Shown: positions 34,301 to 43,300 of the stretch, one piece after another
Layout of the letters: each line of letters opens with the position of its first letter
Numbering within the stretch: position 1 is the stretch's first letter
IMG/VR virus record: IMGVR_UViG_3300006925_000010
Coordinates: 1 to 64,000 of that record
Length of the DNA: 64,000 nt
Reading direction: 5' to 3' (one strand)
DNA from: a virus
Translations under genes and position numbers: made by a program
The notes under the pieces: model-generated
Told to the model about the DNA's origin: nothing
Seen by the model: the letters and a program-made list of their open reading frames with translations, nothing else
The model's database searches: none

Positions 34301-37300
34301 CAAGCCAACGTAAGTGTCACTTAGATAATATTTATTTCCCGTATGGAAAATTACCTCAGCCTTATAACTCAAATGCATACACAGAGATGGCAGATGCTAA
34401 CTGGGGTTCGTGGACAACATGTCATAATGATAATAAATTTGCAGGCTGGAGAGAAAACCAAGAGTTAGCACAACGAACTATACTTTCATTGAATAAAACA
34501 ACTTTAAATACTTATTCAACAGATGAGATTAAGGGTTACTTTAAAGCACCATATACTGGTAGATACCAGGTAAACGGTTACAGTGATGACGGTATATGGG
34601 TATGGATATCAAGTGAATATACAAATACAACATACGCTGGCAAACCAGTTAGAAGAGGAGTCGACGACTTAGCAGGAATAGATGGTGACACCAGACACGA
34701 ATACTTTAAGGAAGATGGTTTTAGAGCTCAAGACAAATATAACTACCACAGAGATAATTGCTTATTGAGAACTGGTTGGTTAACAACTGACGATAATGTG
34801 AAGACTAACAAGCCTGGTGTACGATATGTAGACATGGAAGCAGGCAAGTACTACTTCATGAGAATTATAACAGGTAATAATAAAGGTCCTGGTTACTACG
34901 ATGCAACATGGACATGTAGAACTAATGTTTCAAACTTTACATTAACACAACAAGAGGCTGATGAAGGAAATCATCAATACACAAATGGTTCTGTAAAGAC
35001 AGGCAGATTTACATTCACCGGTAGAATATGCAATGTAGAGAATCCTGCAACAGGTTCATCAAATTCATCAAATTATGGTGGTAATGATAACCAAAACACT
35101 AATACAAGCGATGGTGTAAATGGCGAAGGCAATACAGGAGCCACTGGAGTAGGCGGTGGATGGTATAATAGATATTCACAGTTTGCTACTGACACCCAAG
35201 CAAGAAGATATGAAGCACTGGCAAGACAACAGGGCATATTTGATCAAAGAACATCAGCATTCACAGGCGCACAAATCCAAGCATGGAACGACGTAGGTGT
35301 TGCATGTCCTCCAGGAGCATCAGGCTCACAATGCGACCGTTCAACATCAGTTAGCGGTAGTTCTGATACGCCAGGAGTTGCACCAGGATATGTAGGTAAC
35401 TATGGGCAAATAGACGGAGAATGGATTACTTTGCCAGATGGTCAAAGAGTTTGGATTCCTCGTACAGATATCTATGAGAACATCAATCTAAATATAGGAA
35501 GTGTCTTTAACACAACAACACCAGGGCAACGATTCTTAACAGGATTTAATTTCTTACCTTATAGTATGAAACTACCTGTTAAAGCACCACTACTAGATAC
35601 TAATAGTTACGCATTCAGCGAAGGCGATCTTAGCCAGTCTGTAGCAATAAGCGGACAAGCACAAAGAGTAAGTGGCGGATTAGTTATACCTTTTGCTAAA
35701 AAGTTAACTCCAGTAAGTAGACAAACTTATGTGTTAAAGTCTGAGGAATCGTCAAGCGAACCGTGGGCAAAGAATTTAGAAAATAATAAAGATATTAACA
35801 AAACAACAAAGTATGTTAAGTATACTCCTAAAAAAATAGGCAGTACTGTTACAATTGGTGGAACAACAATAAACAATGTTACAAGTTCGGGTGCCGGGGA
35901 TTATTGGAACAAGACAAATAATAATACAACAACAGAATATACTGGACCTGCATACAGCGAGCCAGATGTTAATACACAAACTGACAGCGGCAGTACAGAA
36001 ACAGTCAATAATGCTAGTACTAATGATTCGAACACTATGGCAACGCAAAGACAAGAACTGGCAATAGCAGATGTTAACGATATCATCTACAACCAGATGC
36101 CAGTTATATCAATAGTTCCTAGACAACTAGATAATAACGGTAATTTTTATAATGGCGGTCCTACAGCAGAAGTATACCTCAGACAACCAACTCCAGAAGT
36201 TGACATTGACATAAATGACCTAATCGGAATTACAGACGGAACTGAGCTGTTGGTTAACGGCAGAAGAATTGTTAAACGTGGAACATCAGGAATAGATATT
36301 AAGACACAAATTAATTGTGCAAACATGGGTGTAAGTGCTGAAATAAACGAAGACACTAATACACTAACATTGATTAGTTGTAGTTCAAACCCAATGACTT
36401 TTGGTAACGGTTGCGGTGGCGGAACATTTAAACAAGTAGGTGACTTCCATGTTAATAGAGGTTTTGATCAAAGCAAAACTACCTCAGAAAGTTTTATTGC
36501 TCCATTTATAGGACCAAACACAGACTTGTACAAAACAGGTTCAGGTAATGCCACAGTTGCTATAGGCGGTGGTGGTGCAGGTGGTATTCCTGGTTTATCT
36601 GAAAGTATAAATGACTATAGACGTAAGCCAGATGGCAACTTAGAAAAATTCTTTAGACAACCTTCTGGATTGCCAGATGTTTACGAACTGCCTGCAAGAG
36701 TACCAATGGAAACCACAAACAAGAGTACTGGCGGTAGTAACTATAGAGTAGGCGATAGATTGAGATTAATAGGTGGTACACCTGAATCAGGTTTGTTAGG
36801 ACCTCTTAACTCAGAAGTATGTATAGAATCAGCAGGTTCAGGATATACAAATCCTGCAAACCTAACAGTTATATTCAATGAAAGCACAACCACACCAGGT
36901 GTAGGTGGTGCGGCTACAGTAACAGAACTAGACGAGAATGGCGGTATCGCAAATGTTGTAGTAATTAACCAAGGGGCGGCATATGATCCAAACAATCCGC
37001 CTACACTTACAATTCATGATACAAGTCCTTTACCTACTATAATTGATGTTAATGCAGGGTGGACTTCTAATATCACATTAACAGCAGGACAAGTAGCGGC
37101 TATAACAGAATCAATTCCAGTATCAAATGCTAATGGCACAAACTCAGACGATGTTGTAATTAACAAAAGATTTGTTAGAGCAATTGGTACATACGCAATG
37201 GGAGCCGAACAATCATATACAGTTGCATCATCTGATGTGAGCATTGTATCCGACGATTCAATGACTGACTCTGTTAAAATTACATTGCCTATAACAACAA

Positions 37301-40300
37301 ATCATATTAGACCAGACAGTTATGTTAAACTAAAATACTACCCTGGATCAACACTAGACGATTATTATATATCAGTAAACGGTGCTGTAACTAGTTCTAC
37401 TACTTTTGTATTAGACTCACTAAACGATGCTGGTGGACAACTGTTTATTAAAACAGGACAAGTTGTGTCTTATAACAATTCCGGTACTATGACAATACTT
37501 GGTTATGTAACTAATGTTAATACAAGTACTAAAACTGTAACATTAGACACAGCCGTTACATTAACTGATGATCAAACATTATACTTTGTAGATCCGCAAG
37601 AAAAACTATATTATATACCTAAGAAAACTGCTGGCGGTATTGAAACAGTAACTAACTCATACTTTGTTATTCAAAATTCAGCATTTAAAAACAGTAACTT
37701 TGTTACAAATTTATTTGGTGCTGGAGCAACAATAACTATTACAGGTAGGACACCATGGTATGAAAACTATAATGCTAATGGTAATCTTGTTGATACTATA
37801 GATCCATTTACACCTAAAAATAAAGCAAAACTTAGCATTGCAGTAGGCGACCCTACTGATAGAAGAAACGACGGACCGCTGAGAGTTGCTAAATTTATTG
37901 TTACAGATGTTAATGACACAGGTGGCATCACAGGTATTAAAATTATTGACAGAGGATTATATAAAGAATTCCCAACAGACCTCACAATGGGTATTCCTTT
38001 AGAATATGACTATGCATTACAGGGTGCAATGAGAATTAATACAGATATACCAGTAGCCGAGCAACCTGGACAAATACTAAACGAACAAAAGAATACATTA
38101 GGGTACGGTGATCCAAGTCACCCAGAGTTAGCATTATATGGTGGAGAACATCCAGAGTACCAGTATACACCATTTAAATCAACAGAGGCTTTATCACAAC
38201 GATTTGCAGGCGAATGGTTAGATGCTGACGAGCAGAGAAAATTAAATGAATTATCTGCAAAACAAAACGCTGGAATACAGTTATCAGATAATGATAGACA
38301 ACTATTAGATGTATTATTAGCAAAATTAGTAGACAATTTAGGATACGAACAGGGATATAAACACCCTGACTTTGAAGCATACCCAGAATTTATTTGGGAT
38401 GGCGCACACTTCCAACCTTACTCGGGTACACCTGGTGCTTATGATCCAACAACATTTATATGCATAGACCTTAGAAGTGCAGACCCAGGACAATACAAAG
38501 ATGATCCAAGTGGTTGGGCTAAACTACAATTTAATTTAGGTAACTTAATTTTAAAAACAAAGATTGTAGAAACAGATCCTAAAAAATATAACTTTGGTAG
38601 ATATAATCCTAATGAAACAGCAGGTGGTAGTGGTGCTAGAGTTTTCCTAACAGCACAAGAAATTCCTAACTGTACGGAACGAGGTACAGCAAAAGATCAA
38701 CTAGGACTACCAGATGAAGTAGATCAGATTATTGCTCCTAAATCATTAGCAAGAAACATTAATAATGGACTAAGAGGTGCAGGTTATCTTCCAGACGAGG
38801 CAAGAGCAGAATTCAATCCTAAAGGTAACATAGGCGAATTTAAGTTAATATCACCTCAATTCGATGGATTCAAAATTGATTCACCTAACCCAGGAACATT
38901 AGAAAAAATAGGTTTCCCAATCGGTGATTATAATAATGGCATGTTATGTATAACGGCACAACTAGAAAAAGACGATGGCACTAGATATACTGAAGCCGAA
39001 GCATTAGCAGACATACAACGACTATATGATACTAACGATGACTTAGGGTTATTAACAGCAACAGAATTAAAAGCCAGATTCCCAAGTTATGATGATGGTA
39101 GTCTCGACAATGCAAGTGTACTAACAATAGTATGTGCTGAAGTTATACAGCCGCCTTTAAGAGTTAATCCATTCGACAAATACGGAAAAGGCAAAATGGG
39201 TCCATTTGATGTATTAAGTCCAGGTAACCCAAATGCATTTGGATTAAACGATAACAATAGTATATTCGGTGATGGCACAATGGATGTGACCAGAGAAGTA
39301 TTTGCATATAGCATTTCAGATATGTTTGGTGGCAATGTTACTTTAAAAGGTGTTAAGTCACAGAATTCACCAATTAATATATTTGCTAGTAAAAGATTTA
39401 ATGCAAGGAACACAATTGACGAACTCAGTGTCATAGCAACAAATACATCAGCAGTACCAGGATTAACATCTGAAGCAAATGCATGGGTTGATAGTTATAC
39501 AAATACAAGACAAGCAATAATAGATAACGAGGCAGGTGTTACTGATTATACTAATACTGTATATAGTATGCCAGACTTTGTAGATGGTGGTTGGGCATAT
39601 TTAGAAAACGGTGTTCCACAGAGATGGCAGACACCATTAGTAGATGTTCACTTTATTAATAATGCACTAGTTTATAATCCAGAGACTGGTGACAAGATAT
39701 CTAATTTAGATTTTTGGGACCCGTTCAAAGGAATATTACCAGGCTATATACAGAATGAAATATCATTTATCAGCGAACACGATCCTGTAAGTTATAACAA
39801 TGCAAGAACTAACTTTGGCAGAAGTAATGTTGGTAAAGTTTGGTGGGACACTAGTACAATAAGATATAACTGGTATGAGCAAGGAACTGATCAAGAAAGA
39901 AATGCTCGTTGGGGTTCTGCGTTCCCAGGTAGTCAAGTCACAGTTTGCGAATGGATAGAAAGCAAAGCAAAACCTAGTAATTGGTCTGGCAACGGAACAC
40001 CACGTTGGTCTAACAAGTTTGTAACTGAAAGAAGATTAGATCCTAAAACAAATGAATATGTAATGTACTATTACTATTGGATTATGAACAGAACTATACT
40101 TGATAATAAAATAAAGAGATCTCAAGGTAGACAGTTAGACACTAGGACTATTGCAAGGTATATTTCTGATCCAGTAGGATACGGTTTAGACATGATAAGT
40201 TTTGCTAGTGATAAGAGCATACTGTTACATAACATCTCAGATATCAAAGAAGAAGAATCTCATTTACAAGTTAATCTAAGTAGAAACTTGAATCCTGAAG

Positions 40301-43300
40301 GTATTTCACATACTGCATGGAAACTCATGAGAGAAGGAGATTCTAGCAGTACAGTACCAGAACATCTAAGTGATAAATTGATTGATAGTTTGTGTGGAGA
40401 AAATGCAGAAGCATCACCAGTACCTGATCCTAAACTTAGCGAAGTAGAGAAATATGGTATTCAATTTAGACCAAGACAAACTATGTTCAATGATGTTAAG
40501 TCTGCAAGACGTATTATGGTTAGTGTACTAAACAGAATTCTAAGCAACATTAGAGTTAATTCAGCATACTCAGGATGGGATAAAACATTACCAACTGCAA
40601 GAGCATACTTAACAACCACAGACTGGTTTGCAGTAAGCAGAATAGATGCGGTAACAAACGAGTCAGTTAGATTCAACGATTCCATCAAGCCAGTATTTAA
40701 TGTAACAAGTGTATCTGAGCTTAGTGGGTTAAAAGATATTAAAGACGGAACTGTAGTACAAGTTAAGAGTAATCAAAATGATACTTCACAACTTTGGATG
40801 TACGATGCACCTACTAAGAAGTTTAAATTAGTAAGTGTTGTAAACGATACAGTTCAGTTGCCTAAGACAGTTTATACAGATAATACCAATCCAACATTGA
40901 GCAGTGAATTAAGATTAATACTTATTGCATTACGAGACAATGTATTTAATAATACATCACATTGGAACGAATTGTTCTTTGAAATGATGAAACATGCATA
41001 CATGGAGCAAAAACAATTAAGTTGGGCATTTAAAACTTCTTACTTATATATTGAGAAAGAAGAAAACGATCTAACAAACTTAAATGGATTTAAAGCAGAC
41101 AACTTCCAGAAAGTTCTAGACTACATGAACGAAGTTAAACCGTTTAGTGCAAAAGTCAGAGAGTACAAAGACGGTAAGAAGGCTCCTATAGATGTTATAG
41201 GACAAAACAATATAAGTGACTACGATAAGCCACCGTTTGTTGATTTAGTATCAGGAACTGTTAGAATACTAGATGAGAATGTAGAATTAGATACATGGAT
41301 TATGTCTAACTCTAAACAATACATTGATTATGTAACAGCAACCAAAGATGGCTTACAAACAAGTGATCCTGTTAGACGTGCAAATACAACAATTAGTTTC
41401 GATAGAACAAACTATCTATTAACAGAAAGTGCATGGGACGTTGCAAATGTATCTCTAGAATCTAGTATAGGTTATAACATTGCTAACTTGTCTGTACAAA
41501 CAAAACAACAAGTATCAGCAAATGCAAGTGTTAGAGCCGCAGACAAACTATTTAAGTTTGATGCAGAAGTACAAGCACAATTTATTGCAGAAGTTAATAC
41601 ATATTACAATGATGTAACAGCCGCTAGAAACACAGAAATAGTTGGCAACGGTACTGTAATGGCAGGACTTGTTACTAGTGGACAACTTAAAAACACATTA
41701 GCACTTATTAAAGAAAAAGTAGGTGGCAACTTTAGAGGTGAAACTTTAGATGCTACTAAGTTCTCAAGCATTGTTGATCAAGCAGATTACATGAGTGCTA
41801 TACAATCAGACTTTGGTTTCGACTCAGACTTGTTTGACGAAAATACAGATAACGACGATACTGTATTTACAGACAGCAGAGACTTAACAAATTATGGACC
41901 AGTAACAACATACGGCATAGGCGACACCAAATGGGACGATGTGAAACAAGTTGTTAACTATGAGGGTGTATTTGATTCAAACGCAAACCCTGTAACACTT
42001 AGAAGAAGTGGTGATTCATATGATGGATTTGACGGAGTAACATTCCAGAGAGTAGCATACGGTGAAGAAAGACCTGAAGAACTTGCATTGCTTGATCCTT
42101 TAGAAAGTGTAATATTTACAGTTACAACTTCAGACTTCTCAAGAGGAGAAGCAGGAAACGTTAGTGTATTTGATGACTTAGATACTGGTAATGCATCGTT
42201 GTTCCATTCAACAGCATCATTAACTGAAGATAATACAAGTGTTGCAATTATTAATGCAGGTATTGGTTATAAATCACCAACTGTAACAATAACAGATGCA
42301 TATGGTAACAACCCTACAACAACAGCAGTAGCAACAGCAAGTGCCAACGCACAAGGTAGTATAACTGCTATAACAGTTTCAAATGGTGGTGCTGGGTACA
42401 CAGAAATTAATTTAGCATTAACAGAAACATTAACTGAACAAACAAGTGCAGAGGCATTAGTGGACTCTAATACACTTTCACTAACAAGTGTTGCAAATGT
42501 ATTAGTTGGACAAATAGTTACAGTTAATAATATTGACATAAGCGAAGTTGCAAGTATTAATGGTACTACAGTAACATTAAACAGTCACTTGACAAGTGAT
42601 ATTGCAAGTGGAACAACTGTTACGTTTAGAGGACAAGACTTTGCTTATCAGTTAAATAATTTAGTTATTACTTCAACTGCTGGTGTTGACCCAGATGATG
42701 CTGATAACTTCTTTGCAGTTGATAATGTAGATGGTTGGGATTCAGCAACTGGCTTAGGACAAGCAGGTTCATTTGATACTGCTTTAACAGTAGTCCAAGA
42801 AAGACTGACAACAAAAGTGTCTCCTAATGCAAGAGAAGTCACATACAGAATGCATCATAGTTTATTTGGTGATGTAGACTACTTGCGTATAAGCGGAGAG
42901 GCAACTACAAAAATTACTAAGAAAATGACACTATCATCAACATCAATCACAGTAGACGATGCAAGTTTCTTACCAAACCCAACATCAATAGTACCTGGTA
43001 GTATATGGGTCGGAGATGAAAGAATACAATACGGTAGAAGAAGTGGTAAAGTATTGAGTGCTTTGACAAGAGGTGCATTCGGAACATCACCACAAGACCA
43101 CGCAGTTGATACAGCAGTATATAGTGCAGAACAGAACGAACATTTCAATCATTTGAATCCTTCAAGTAATGTATGGTTAGATACCGGTACAAGATATGGA
43201 ACTCCGCAATCGTGGGACAACGACGAGTGGGACGAAATAGAAGCGGCAAACATTGCAACAGCAGATGTTGGTGTAACAATCACTAATGTAACTTCAACAA